A DNA stretch of 64,000 nt, taken from Moniliella sp. 'wahieum'. Lineage: Eukaryota. The notes beneath the pieces are model-generated. The model ran no database searches, was not told the DNA's origin, and worked only from the letters and a program-made list of their open reading frames with translations. The DNA lies in NCBI GenBank assembly GCA_003971905.1, contig RSEE01000001.1:1364001-1428000 (forward strand). The letters run 5' to 3'. Below, one piece after another: positions 1 through 12,459 of the stretch. A program made the translations under genes and the position numbers. Positions within the stretch are counted from its first letter, which is position 1, and every line of letters begins with the position of its first letter.

Positions 1-405
1 AACCTTCAACTGATTTGGACCGCTTGTTATGCGCGTTTCATACTAGGTCTGTGCCGTTTAGAGATACTATTACGCCGTTCGCACCACGCTACAGCTTGAC
101 AGGTCTATAGCGGGCCCCATGGGACGCACTTCCACGTGAGCGGATTCATGAACAAATGCTTCATAGGCATGTTTTGAAGGTGACGCGCGCGCCACCAATA
201 ATCCTCCCGAGGGAGAAGGCAGCATTCTAACCAGGTACCTAGGCAGGACACAAACGCGCCTCGGTTCCAAAACGGGTACGGGAAGGGAGGCTAGAAATTC
301 GCCACTCGAAGGAGGAAAGGGGAGGGCGAACAAAGGAGAGAAGAGAAACAGATGTCCTTTCCCCTCACCAATGGTGCGTCCTCCCAAGAAGGGAGGAGGG
401 GGGAC

Positions 406-811
406 TTAAGCGTCCGAAAGCTCACGCAGACGGCGGATGGTGCTGCGCACGGTAGCAGCGGCGGTGGTGGACAGAGCCCAAGCGCCGCCAGCCACCTGCT
501 TCTTGCAAGCACGGCAGTCCCAGATCCCCACGGCACGGCGCTTGACCGCGTCCTTGCCGCAGAAGGCACAGGTGTACCGAGCGTGCTGGGAGATCTCAAT
601 CTTCTTCACCTGGCGACGCAGGGTGGAACCGTAACGGGTCCCGTACTTGCCGGTGATGCCGACCTTGGTGGTGCGCTTGGACTGGAGAAAAGGTAGGGAG
701 GAAGGGGGGCGGGGGTTAGAAACCAGATTGGGAATCCTCCACCACGAGGTGCACGCTCTGGGTCCCTTATGAAAGGGAGGAGCGTGGTGCCATAGGAGTC
801 ATACGCACCAT
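406..811 (-). CDS. RPL43: 60S ribosomal protein eL43 (L37a/Rpl43); exon 1 is the ATG only (809-811), intron 682-808, exon 2 is 406-681
   Basis: The spliced product reads [60 protein letters not shown], with the C2-C2 zinc ribbon. The intron has a GTGCGT donor, CTAAC branch point and CAG acceptor. Confidence 0.97.
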
Positions 812-895
812 TGTTTACGGCTTGGTGAGATGACCCAGGTGTAGAAGGCAGGTGGGGACGAGCCAGCAAGAAGGTGGGCGAAACGGGGACGAGGC

Positions 896-946
896 AACCC
901 TAAGGGGCGGGGAAATTGGCCGCAGCATTTTGGGGGTGCTAGGGTT
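896..946. promoter_or_regulatory. Inverted pair of telomere-repeat-like boxes (AACCCTAA 896-903, TAGGGTT 940-946) upstream of RPL43
   Basis: The motifs are seen directly, 85-135 bp upstream of the RPL43 ATG. Function is inferred. Confidence 0.4.
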
Positions 947-997
947 GGGCGCTTCTGCTTGGATTAAGGATTGAACTCGTCCGCATTCAATTGCTGA

Positions 998-1053
998 TTG
1001 AACGTTGAACGTTCAGTTGAACGTTGAACATTGAACGTATTGAATATTGAACG
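998..1053. repeat. Degenerate tandem heptamer array (TTGAACG/TTGAACA)n
   Basis: Sequence ttgaacgttgaacgttcagttgaacgttgaacattgaacgtattgaatattgaacg. Confidence 0.8.
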
Positions 1054-1908
1054 CTCAAGCTCAAGCCTCAAGTCGAGCGCAGCGACTAACGACGCGGGGT
1101 TGTGGGTGCAGGCACCACAGCCGTGTGCGGTCGTCGGTGGCGGGGTGGCCAGTGGGGCTGGGCGGACACTTGCCACTTCGCAGCCCTCTCGTGCGGTGCG
1201 GTCAGTGTCGGCTCAGCGCGCTGAGCGCTGGCTCAGGCTCAGGCTGCGCTCAGCCGCTCACCGCCTCCGGTGGGGCTCAGGTTGCCCAGAAGGCTGCAAA
1301 CCATCTGCATAATAGACCATCGGCCATGGATGTCATACACCACATGCACATCGTCCTGCGCAACGGAAGCCCACACTCGCCTGTGCGTACCATCCGACGG
1401 CCGGATGGCCAGCCAAAAGCCACGCATCGCAGCGGAGCGCAAAACGGGGGGACCAAAAGAATAGGCTCTGGTGTCTATCACGCTCACACGCTGCACAACA
1501 CATCAGACCCCCTCCCCCCCACCACACACTTCTGGTCGGCGAAGGAGCAATGTCGCCACAGGGCTCCCATGCCAGGTCGGAATAGGATCGGCAAAGCTGC
1601 AACCTTCAAGCTTCAAGACTTGACGCCTCAGCGTCCTCAACAAGCTCAGCCAGACGCCGTTGGCCGCCGGCTGCTACATGTTATGCATGTTACCCCCTCC
1701 ACCCCACAAGCGGAGATAGGACGCAGATACATACCTCCCACTCGACCCCCGCCTTTGCTGTTTATTATTGCCAAAGAGCACAGGGTAGCCCCGCAGCCTT
1801 TATTAGTTAGTTCGTTTCCCATCGTCTGGCCCCGCTTTTGCCATCAAACACCCACCCACCTGCTGTCCTGCCGCCGGCACCTGCCTCCCGCACATCCCCT
1901 GCTCCCCC

Positions 1909-3763
1909 ATGATCAAGTTCCGCCGCAACAACACGCCCTCCTCCAGCAGCCACCGCCGCCAGCAGAATGACTGGAGCGCCATCTGCGCCGAGATGGAGGC
2001 CATCGGCCGTCCTGAAAAGAAGCACGTCCCCTCCCGCCGCCCGCCGCCCGCCATCCCCACGGACCCTCTTCTCGCCCTCGCCTCTCCTCCTCTTCCTCTT
2101 CCTCCCCGCGTTCCTGCCTCACCCCTCTCTCCTGTCTCTCCGCGTCTCCTCTTTTCGCCGCCTGGCCCCAATCTCAACACGGAACAAGCTCTTCAACACC
2201 CGGCAAGCTAACCCCCCTGCCCGCCCCGATGGATTCCCTCCCCCTTGCGGCAGAACCAACGGCGTACAGTCCTGCCTTCTCCCGCAAATCGTCTGATGAC
2301 CTGTGGGTCGCCTCGCTGGATACTCCCGCCACCACCAAATTCTCCCTTGACGCGGACACCGACGCCAACAGCTCAAGCACCGTCACTGCCACCCACGGCC
2401 CCCGCCTCCGACGAGGGCCCGTGACCGCTCTTGGCTTCGCACCTTTGGCCGCAACGACCGAACCAGCCTTGGCAACCGATCGAACCCACACCGACCGACG
2501 TTGGTCGATTTCCAGTGTCTCTTCCAGCCGCGACACCCGTTCCTCCTCACCCAGTCTCGCTCCGCGGCCTTGGCCCCAGTTGTCCGCACTGTCCCTTCCT
2601 CCCCCTCCGCCGCAGCTGATGGAACAAGCCGACCGTCGTGGATCGGCAGCATCAGAAGGGAAGAGTGCTCCAGAGCCATCGCCTACACTTTCGTCTAGGC
2701 ACGGCCTTATTCCCACCTCATCGTCGACCGATAGGCCCTCCGTGATTCGACATACGGACCGAGCCAAGCACGCCCTGCCCAATGGCCTCCCACCCACCCC
2801 CCAAAAGGCACTGCTGCTGCCGCTGCCGAGGAGAACAAGGAGCTTACTCATGACTCCAACCCGGCTCTTCCCTCGCCCCCCTACCATCGCTCCCGATTGC
2901 ACACCACCAGAATGCAAAAGTGCCGACCTACCTTGTCCACCACGAGAGACCCGGTCGTATCGCCCGGAAGCCATCCCTCCCCGGTCCGCCAGTGCCGAGT
3001 TAACTGGTTCCCAACGTCGAAGCGGGGTCAGTCCGCATACGCGTAGTGGGATCAGTCCTTTGCCACCCTTTGGCCGAGCACGGTCTAGGAGCAACCAGTC
3101 CATGCCAGTGATGAGCAGAGAAGTGCGTAACTTCTCCTACCCTCGCCGACTGGTAACTGGCCCCGTTCGCGCCCGTACCGGCTCCAATGCCAGTTCTTCC
3201 AGTTCCGTTGTAATAGCATCCCGCGAATGGAGCACGCCCACTACCCCGACGCGCGCCACGGGGGCGCTGGCTCAAATGCTGGCGCATATGGAAAACGAGA
3301 TGGATGTGGCGCACAAGATGCAACAGGCGTCTCAGAAATCGAGTGGCATGGGCGCACCCACTCCACATCGCTCCTCGATCTGAACCTGGGAGGAAGCAAG
3401 GCAGGTCCAGACCATCTCTCGACCGATTCGCTCGATTCGACCATGGACGGAACGGACCCCTGGGCAGCATGGCAAGACCGCTTCCACACCCTTGATCCCG
3501 ACATGGCAGTTGCGCCACCCACAGTGCCCGACTCGGCCCCTTCCCCAGCTCCATTGCAACGCCCGGTACCCTATTCCCCCGTGCACACCAGTAATATGAC
3601 CGATGTGGCGCGGGCGCGTGCCTTGGCCGTGCGTGTGTCGCGGGCCAAGAAGCTGGCCGAAGCCGAAGCAAGAGCCAGCGAGACCGAGACTCCGTTACGT
3701 CGGAAGCCTCGGTCGGGGCCGTTGGGGCCCAAGAGGTCATCGCACTTGCTCGTGTCCAGCTGA
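1909..3763 (+). CDS. Hypothetical Ser/Pro-rich protein (stitched from ORFs 1909-2211, 2229-3383, 3227-3763)
   Basis: Long overlapping + ORFs with coding-like composition, followed by a pyrimidine-rich 3' flank. No recognised domain. Confidence 0.5.
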
Positions 3764-5280
3764 GCTGACAAGGCAGAGCATCCAATCCAATCCTATCTTC
3801 TGTGGGGGAAGGTGGGGATATAGGGGTGTGGGATAGAGGATCACGTTGATGGTCCTCTCTCTGTCGTTTCGTGTTGTGTTTCCCTAAGGTTGAAGGTTGT
3901 ATACTAGATACCCACCCCCTTGCTCCCCCCTTCTTGCTCCCCTCTCGGATCCTTGGGCTCCCTTGTCGGTCACGCGGTGTTGCGATTCTGTCCTCTGTTC
4001 CCACTCATTTCACCCTCCCTTCTGTCTCCCTTTTGGAACGCTCTCTCTTTCTTCTTATCACCCTCGCCCTCGCTCTCACCCTCACTCTCGCTCTTTCTAT
4101 CCAAAATCACGGCGAAATGCATTTACGTCCGTCGTCTCTCTGTCATCAGTGTGCGGGGGGGCACCAGTTATGTGCTACCCTACCCACACCATCAGGATGC
4201 GATTGGATACGTCCTTGTTGCTGACCACAATGCCGATGGGAAGGACCATAGCAATTCGCATACGCATATAGTGAACACCCGGCGGAGCAACGCACCGCGG
4301 CGAGGCCTAGCGTGACTGGGTTGGAGCTGGTGGGGGGAACACTATTTGCCCCATGCACTCTTGTTCGCCACAGCATACAGGTGCGCGCAATCGTAACCGC
4401 AGCATAACCTGTTTAGTCGTATAGTGACGGCCAGGAAATTGAACCCAATATCGGTCGGCACAGCGCATCCACTTCCCAACGTAGTATCCATCTGCCTTTG
4501 GTAGCGGTCTAAACCCAGCGGGGCGAAGGGAGAGGGGGAGGATGGCAAGGCGGAAAGGTGTGGTGTCTCCAAGCTACTGAGCTTTTCGTCTCCTAATTGA
4601 GGTAAATACGAAGTAAGATCAGAGAGGCAGTACTACTACGCCCAACGGAGTGGTCTATGTACTGCCTCTCTAATCATCTCTCACCACGTCACGAAGAGCT
4701 TCACGTCCCATAGGTTTCAAGCTTCATCAACGCTTGACGTGGGCTCGACGTGGCCCTGTGCATTCAAAGAGCAAAAGCACAACCAGGATAAACGATTAAC
4801 ACAGCACGATCAAATCAGCACAACACGATTAACCCAACCAGCAGGATACACAATCAACAATCATCGATATAAACCACATCATGGGACCAGGGTAGCCGCG
4901 CTCAGCCAAAAACAGGAGAGGACTAGAAAGAGACAAGGGGGTAGAAAGGAGAAGGGGGGGGGTAGCAACACGTCCAGCAACACATCCAGAGAGTGTACAA
5001 GGGGATGAGGGGGACGGGCGAAAAAAAAGTTCAAGCAGACCAGGCGGAGCAAGCCAGGGATGGATGGATGACACAGAGACCACTGGGGAAGCAAGCTGCG
5101 CTCCGTCCAAGTTCGAGCAAACAGACAAAAAGTCGAACCAGAGGAATAGTAGGAATCACAAGAACCATAGGAACCATAAGAACCGTAGGATGAACCTAGC
5201 ATGTACCCAACCTGCGGGCACGAAAGGCGGAAAAGAACGAAACGAGAACCTTACGCGTCCAACAGGAAGGGGGCAGGGTA

Positions 5281-7213
5281 TTACGGATGGACCACCACCT
5301 CATCGGGCTCGCGCGGACGGCGATGGGGCGTACGCGAGACCTGCGCCGCCGGGCCCAAGGTGGGGGACGAGTGCGAGACGGGCAACAGTGGTGCGGGGCC
5401 AAATGGGTCGACCGAGGTGGTGCGCGACGAAGAAGGCACCAGTCGTTTAAGCGGCGAAGCCCGAGCCCGACGGAGCATGCCGAGGCCGGCTCGACGTAAC
5501 TGACCGAGGGCCGGGGGTTATACGTACCCGTCCCGGTGCGTCTGCGGGCGGGATGGCGTAGAGATCCACTTGCCAGGCGTACGGTACCGGCTCGGTCGTG
5601 GCGCTGGCGTCCCCACTCCAGGCATCCCCCTAGGTAACGGCGAAGGCGACACGTCTCGCTCCACATAGCTCACCGTACTTCCCGGTGCTTGCGGGTAGCA
5701 ATCGTGCCGGCCACTTGGTTGGGCGGGTGGCGGTGGGGTACCCAGTGCGCGCTTGGTGCGTGGGGGGGTCCTTGGGATCGTACCGGCACCACCTGGAGGG
5801 GAGGGGGTGGCCAGCTCGCTATCCTTTCTCATCGTTACGGCCGTGGGACCGGACGATTCGGAACCCGAGCCGCACACGGTCGCCTGGGAGCTGGGTTGCG
5901 AATCCGGTTGGTCCACTTCGGACGAAGCCGGCTCGGGCGGGTCCAGAGCCATCGGCGACGACTCCCTCCGGTCCGTAGGGGTGTCCTGCCCCCCGCCCAA
6001 ACCCAAGCCCAAACCTAAGCCCAAGCCCAAGCCCACAGCGCCCGACCGGGGTCGCAGAGGCTGGGTCGGCGACGGAGGCACATCGCGGGAGTTCCGTGAG
6101 GCAGGTCTGGCAGGACTGGGCGAGGCAGCAAGCAAGAGCATTACCTGCGCCGCATCGTCCGTGGCCTTGTCGGAGTGGAAAGAGGGACGCGGCGACGATG
6201 CGAGCAGCGGCGGAGGTACGGAGGAAGGAACGGAGTCAGAGCCGACAGGACCAGACGGGCTGCTAGGACGCTCCGCCAGCGGCGACCGAAGTCCCAACAC
6301 CTGAGCCAAGGAAGGTGTGGTGGTACAGGCACCTTGTGGGGGGGCGGACGAGTAAACCTAGGCGTGGCGGGAAGGGTGTCGGTACCAGCGGGCATAGGAA
6401 ACGGTTGGTACTGGTACGGATGGGCCGTGGTGGTACGCGAACGAGCGCGATAGTGCCGCCGGACCGGGTCGCGGTCCTGTCCGGGGGAGGCGTAGGGCGG
6501 CAGCTTGCGTGGCCGCGAGCTAGACCGAGGGTGGGTCGACTTGTGAGGTGTCCTGACTGCACCGACGGACGGAGAAGTGGGGGTGGGAAGTGGGGGCCAA
6601 GGGAGGCGAAGACACAGTGCTACCGTTCGTCCTTGTCGATCGCTGCTGCATCCGATGGGATCCTGGTGGCGACTGGGGCGGGCGTGGATCAAGGGCCCAA
6701 ACACATCGGCATAGATGTCCTTGGTGCCTGGCGTCCAGCGGGGCAGCGCAGGGGGCGCGGGGGGCTCAGCACCCGAGGGATGGAGGAGTTGGACTGAGCT
6801 GAAGGCCAATGGCTCAGGTGTCTCGGGGGAGAGGTGGAGAGACTGGGCGCACTAAGCGAGCTGGGCACCGTCGAGGACGTCGGACGAGGCGGACGAGGCA
6901 TAGCGGCGGCGAGGGGCGGGAGATCGCCGAGACGCGTCCCACTCTCTGCGGCGATGAGGGCGTCGATGGAGGGTTGGGCCAGCGCATGGGCAGGAGGCGC
7001 CTGGCGACGGCGGGTAGAGATGGGCGTGTAGGGCGAGGAGAGGCTGGACGAGGGCGCGGATGAAGACGGGGAGAGGGCGGGTGGGGCCGGGCCGGTGGCG
7101 GTGGCGGTGGTGGCGGCGGCGGCGGTGGTGGTGGCGACGAGACGGGCGTGGAGGAGGCGGGCAGCCAACTCGGTGCGAGCGTCGAGGGGCGCGGGGTCGT
7201 TGGCGGCGGCCAT
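5281..7213 (-). CDS. Putative Whi5/Nrm1/Stb1-like cell-cycle transcriptional regulator (low complexity, frameshifted; 3' end uncertain)
   Basis: It has an N-terminal TELAARLLHARL helix, a DDAAQVMLLLAASPSPARP motif and many SP/TP sites, and its promoter carries an MCB cluster. Family assignment rests on remembered motif resemblance only. Confidence 0.4.
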
Positions 7214-7447
7214 CAGGAACGGCGGGGCGATCGGGCGGTCAGACAGGCGGAGACACAACCACGGGGTGGGCAGGCGCGGCTTATATCGCAGCGCGGGGGA
7301 TGCCGGTGGGAGGTGGTGGGAGGTGAGGTGGGGGTGATGGGCCATCAAGAGGTGATGCCGTCCGGCCGAACGGAGCGACTGAGCGCGTCAGCCTGCAAGT
7401 TTCGCCCGCCGAGTGCGTCCCCCGGGCGAGGCGGCTGCGCGCTGTGA

Positions 7448-7560
7448 CGACGCGTCTCAGGGGACGGTCAGCGACGCGTCGCTTGCAACCCCCCCCGCCC
7501 GCTGCACGGGAGCAGTCAGCCGACGCGTCGCGCTCTCGACGCGCCGACGCGCCGACGCGC
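7448..7560. promoter_or_regulatory. Cluster of MCB-like elements (3x ACGCGT, 3x ACGCGC)
   Basis: ACGCGT at ~7450, 7474 and 7523, plus GACGCGC repeats at 7538-7560, upstream of the minus-strand gene starting at ~7213. Confidence 0.55.
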
Positions 7561-8103
7561 GAGGCACGGAAGCCGGGAGCCGGGAGACGGGATACCCACT
7601 GTCTCTCCCGCCCCTAATTCCGCCCACGCGCACCAGCACCCGCTGGCGCCCCAATTCCGGGCGCCGAAACAAAACCAAAAAACAATTCGTAATTAATCTA
7701 TTACCCCAGACAGCGCACTGGTGACCCGCGTGACCGGTGACCCTTTCACATTTCACGTCTGGCCAAGCCCAGCCCAGCCTCACTCCGATCCCCCCTAAGG
7801 CCTAACTAGTAACTAGTAGCCCTCGCGGCAGCTCGTTAGATGGCCAAGGATGGCACCCAGGGCGCAATATTCATATGAGAGGGCCTAGCCGCTCCAACCC
7901 GACACATGGCTCTATCCACAGCAGCCAGCCATGCATCCAGTGGGGACAAAACAGAAGCAGAAGGCGAAAGGCAAAAAGGCAAAACAGGTAAAAGCAAAAC
8001 CAAGAACCGGGAACCGGCCAAACAGAAATCAAAACGTAGGAGGAATCGGACCACACTCTACTGGACCACCGAGCACCAAGCACCAAGTACTAAGCACCAA
8101 GTA

Positions 8104-10548
8104 CTAAGCACCAAGCACCGACGCCCTTCCTCCCACTCCCACCCATCGCTCATCATGCCGCGGGAGCCGGTCTGGCCGACGCGAGACGGGAGGCCATGCC
8201 CGGGTCCAAGCTGGAGGGCGGGATGCCTCCACGCCTGAATGACCACCACCACCACCACCCATCCGCGCTGGGGAGAACAAGGCGGCATCGGCCGAGGCCC
8301 ACGCATCCAAACTCGTGCGTTCCCGCGCCGCGTCGGCGGGGGAAATAATGGCACCATCAACGGACCGGACACTGCCAGGGCTCGCGTTGGCAGGGGACAG
8401 GTGCGATCCGGACGAGCGAGGGCGGGAAGGGGAACGGTGGTGGTGACCATTGGGGTTGGGGTTGTGGCTGTGGTTGGATGCCTGGGCCAGAGGTGATCCC
8501 AACACGGGTGCGTGCATCGATAAGGGCGTGGTGCGGCTGGCCAAAAGCGGAGGTGAGGTGATGGCAGAGGGAGATGTAGAAGGAGTAGCAGAGGTAGAGG
8601 CAGAGGTAGAGGCAGAGGCAGCGGCGAGTGCAGCGGCGGACGTAGCCGCCGCAGCCGCGGGGCCTAACCCCAACGACGAGCGGGGCGAACGGGCCAGAAG
8701 GCGAGGGGAGTGGGCCGGGGAACGGGCCGGGGAACGGACAGGAGAACGGACAGGGGAACGAAGGGGCGAGGAAGGGCGGCCTTGCAATCCCAGACCACCA
8801 ATGGGTTGGTAGCCCAGTTCGGCGAGACTGGGACTGGATTGGCCCTGGCTCTGGCCTTGGTCCGGACCTTGGCCCTGGCCCAACCGGGTTGAAGCAAATG
8901 GTGTTCCACCTGCTACGAACGACGCGCTCGGGGTCAAGATGAGCGGGGACGAAGGGCGACTAAGAGCGTCGGCAAACGAATCCAACGATGTTCGGCAGTA
9001 GCTGCGTCCGAGGGCCAAATCAGCGCTCCATCAATCGAAATCATACTTCCCCGGACGGGGGAAGGGGCAAAGGTAGGACCTGGACCTTGGCTGCTAACGG
9101 TTTGAGCCGACTGGGAGGCGAGCAACGTCGATCCAGGGGCAAGAGGCATCGCACCCGCAGCGACCGGCGACGAGCTCAGTCCCGTTCCATTCTCGCTCGC
9201 ATGAATCGTCCCGGCCAAGCTGCGATCCAGGTCGGTAGACCGGGCACGGGAGCTTGATCGGGGCCGCGATCCCGGGCGAGAGGTGGGGCGGGAACGCGAA
9301 AGGGGGCGGGACCGCATGGGGGCGCGAGGAACGGCCGCAGATACAGAGGCGGGCATAATGGGACTGGAAGGCGAAGGTGCAGTACCGCTTACCGAAGAAG
9401 GGGTCGCACCATGGCCTGAAACATGTGGGGAAAAGTAGGAGGATCGGCTGCGGTGGCTCCCGACGCTGCCTGCGTGGGAGGAGATGCAGCCGGTGTGGAG
9501 GTTACCACCGGCGAAGGCGGGGCAGTCAGCGCGTCCGCCAAGCCATCGAGGGAGGTACGAGCAGTGGCAGCATCCGACTGCGCAATCAACGCCCCGTCTA
9601 GCGAACGGACCGATCCAGGCGGGTCGAAAGAGGGAACGCCACCAGTGGAAGGAGTGGGTATACATGTCGCCGCAGCAGAAAAAGCAGGGCCGGACGCAGG
9701 CTCGGCGTTCGAACCTGTGCTCAGGCGGGGGATGGGTTTTTGTCCCAGTCGCTGGTTGTGAATGCGTCCGGTTCGTGGGGCTCGTGTGGCTGGGTGGGTG
9801 AGAAGCCAAAAGGGGCGAACTGGCTACTTTCGGGTCCCGAGGCGGCGGATGGACTAGGGGCTGCTTTGCGCGACCGGCAGACGAGGCAGTTCGTTGGATC
9901 GCTACCCCTTGGGGGATGTGGACATGAGGTCTCCTTTGGCTGCAGACGAAACCGGGGGAGCAGTGCTTCTCAAACTGGCTGCACCAATGCCGGTGGCGCT
10001 AGGGGGCGAGGGTAAGCCAGCGGATGGCGGAGGTGGGGCCAGGGCAAAGAATGCAGGCGGCTCTTCTCCCTCGAGAAGGTCGGTGCCAGAAAGCAGGTAG
10101 GGTGGCGTCAACACGAGCGGGGTAGTGGACATGGGCGAGGAGTGGGGCATGGACAGCGGCATACGCAGCCTCCCCGGCGGTTGCTGCGGCGCGAGAGGGA
10201 GCCAGCGGCAGAGGGGCTAATGGGAGGGCTGGGACCGGGGCGTGGAGGAAGCAACCACTGGCGGTGGTGAGGGCGGGGACCATGAGGATGCGCGCGCAAG
10301 AGAAGACGGGGAGCTGGGCAGACGCGCACCCAGACTGTGCCGGCGGGCGTCTGCTTGGGACGGGGCGAGGTGGCGAAGCGGGGGGACGAGACAGGGGAGG
10401 CAGGGGATACGGGGGATACGGGGGAGGAAGGGGCTGGGAGCGGCATGCCAGCGGCGGGCATGGCGATGGGGGAGACGGACACGGGAGGCGGAGGCAGAGG
10501 GGCAAGTGCAAGCGAAGAGAAGAGGCGCGGGGGATGGGATGCCGCCAC
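8104..10548 (-). CDS. Hypothetical Ser/Pro/Ala-rich protein with a ~30-aa motif repeated three times
   Basis: Stitched minus-strand ORFs (10108-10548, 9902-10162, 9389-9589, 8934-9809, 8104-9018). The repeat GSxxSxDGAxIxxxDAAxxRTSLDxxAxA is conserved at the protein level. Confidence 0.6.
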
Positions 10549-11486
10549 GTAAGGCCGATGGCGGTGCGGCGTCGGGCGTGAGGCGTGAGGCGTGAGGCGT
10601 AGCGAGGTAGCACGATGGAAGGGCTGGTGCGTTTTCAGAGGCCAATCTCAGACGCCCTGCACACTGCCCCCGCGGGCGCCCGCGGCCCCGCAGGCACCAG
10701 CCCAGCGAGCTGTGTGCGACGTCATCGGCATCATGCGTCGCCTGCCTGTGCGCCAGTGCCCCGCCCTCCGTATATGCCCGGCGCCCAACCACGCTGGTCA
10801 CGTGCCTTGGGGGCTCCGCGGCGCCTGTCCAGCCAGGCCCAGCAGGTTCGGCTCAGCTTTTCAGCTTCCGCAGTGCCCAAGACCCTCCAGCCCACTAGCC
10901 ACGGCTGGGCAGGTACGAGGTACGCGCCACCTGCGACCCCGTCCTACCGACGACCCCAGCCGACAACGACGGGGGCCGGGCGGGTGGTTGTGCACTCGTG
11001 GCTGACACGCCGCGCGCAGCGCTTGCCAGCGCAGCCATGACTGGGTTCAGGCACTAGGCCAGTGTCTATATGCGCGCCCGAACGAGCAGCGCTGGCCGCA
11101 TATCACCGTAGCGTCACATGACCACCATGCGTGGCTTGTCGTATCGTCATGGCGATTGTCAAAGTCAGGTCAGCGTACCTCAGCGTACCCAGGCACACCC
11201 TCCGGCCCCAGCGCCTCAGTCCTCACACTCAGCCTGAGTAGTTCCACATCGCGCCTCCTGGCACCCACCCGCACCACCCACACCCCACGTGGGTCTGTGC
11301 GTCGTCCAGGCAAGCCACAGCAGGCGTCAGGCAGTCACGCATCGCCGATCATCGATCATCCAAACATAGTCGCTGTCCTTTTCCAACCGTCGCCTCCCAG
11401 AATCGAGGATCCCCCTCCCTCACGCGCTCACACCCCATCCATCGACCATCCCTCCTTGAATACTGATCATCCATGCAGTACAGTCC

Positions 11487-12459
11487 TCACGAGCACGCGC
11501 CGTGGACCACCATGCCCTGGCTGTGCAACACCCCCCGCGTCGCCACGAGCGTGTGCTGAGTCAAACAACAGGCACCGCCCCCAGCCAAGTCCCGATCAGA
11601 GGTCAGCAAACCAACGTCCCCGTGTCCTCCCTGGCCAGATTCAGACCTAAGACATACCTCAACCGCCCAGGAAGCAACCACCGGGGTAGACGACAAGGCC
11701 ACGCCATGGTACGAGAGCAGTGCGTCCACCCCTTCCGCTGCCCGTGCCAGTCCACCACGCATATCGTTCCCAGGGCCAGGCGAGGGGGCTGCCTCCAGCC
11801 CCAGCCGCGCTCATGGCACCAAACTTGGATGTCTGCGTCGATCGCACAATACTTGCCCTCCGCGAGGCAACCGAGACAAAGCTTGGCCGAGGCAGAGTGT
11901 TGCCGGGCGCAAAGAGTGCATCCAGCTGCGCCTGGGTCGACGCCTCTATGCCCACTCTCGCACCTTGGCCACGTGCCACCTTCACCACTTCTGCCCAAGC
12001 CGCCGCCACAGCCTCCCACGCTTCCTCTTCCACCGCTGTGCCTTCAAACGGGTTGAGAACCACCTCGTCGGGATCGTACCCGGTCGCCGCCTTGTGAGCG
12101 TCGAGTGCCGAACGCACTGCCCCCCTCGCGTCGATTGACGGGGCAGCTCGCACAAACGCAGGAAAGCGTCAGACGTACACTAACCTGCAGCTCCTCCCGC
12201 GCAGGGTTGCCACATGACCCACACCCTTTCTTGGCCACGCCAGCCTCAGCGCCGAAGGGCAGGGCAGAAGTAGCGTCCCGTCCTCCCTCTCGGCCCACCG
12301 AGGCTCCTGCTTCTCATCCGAGTCCAATGACGTGGTAGAAGCAGAGCCCAGTGCGAACTGGATCGCTTCCTCCAACGCATCATCCAGCTTCATAGGGGCT
12401 GCACCTCGGACCAGGTCGAGCGTGTAAACCTCCAGTGCCTTGATGGGTTGGGAGGGCAT
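11487..12459 (-). CDS. Glutamate-cysteine ligase modifier subunit (GCLM)-like protein, divergent
   Basis: Colinear resemblance to GCLM: KALEVYTLDLVRG..LEEAIQFAL at the N-terminus, REELQVSVRL, WEAVAAAWAEVV..RVGI, and LTQHTLVATRGVLHSQGMVV at the C-terminus. Frameshifted. Confidence 0.55.

Noticed and set aside
1047..1970. 307-aa + strand ORF
   Set aside because: It has a non-ATG start, runs through the promoter repeat arrays and shows no protein-like signal.
5994..6033. (GCCCAA)n as an interstitial telomere
   Set aside because: It is a coding hexamer repeat (Gly-Leu)n within a gene, not TTAGGG.
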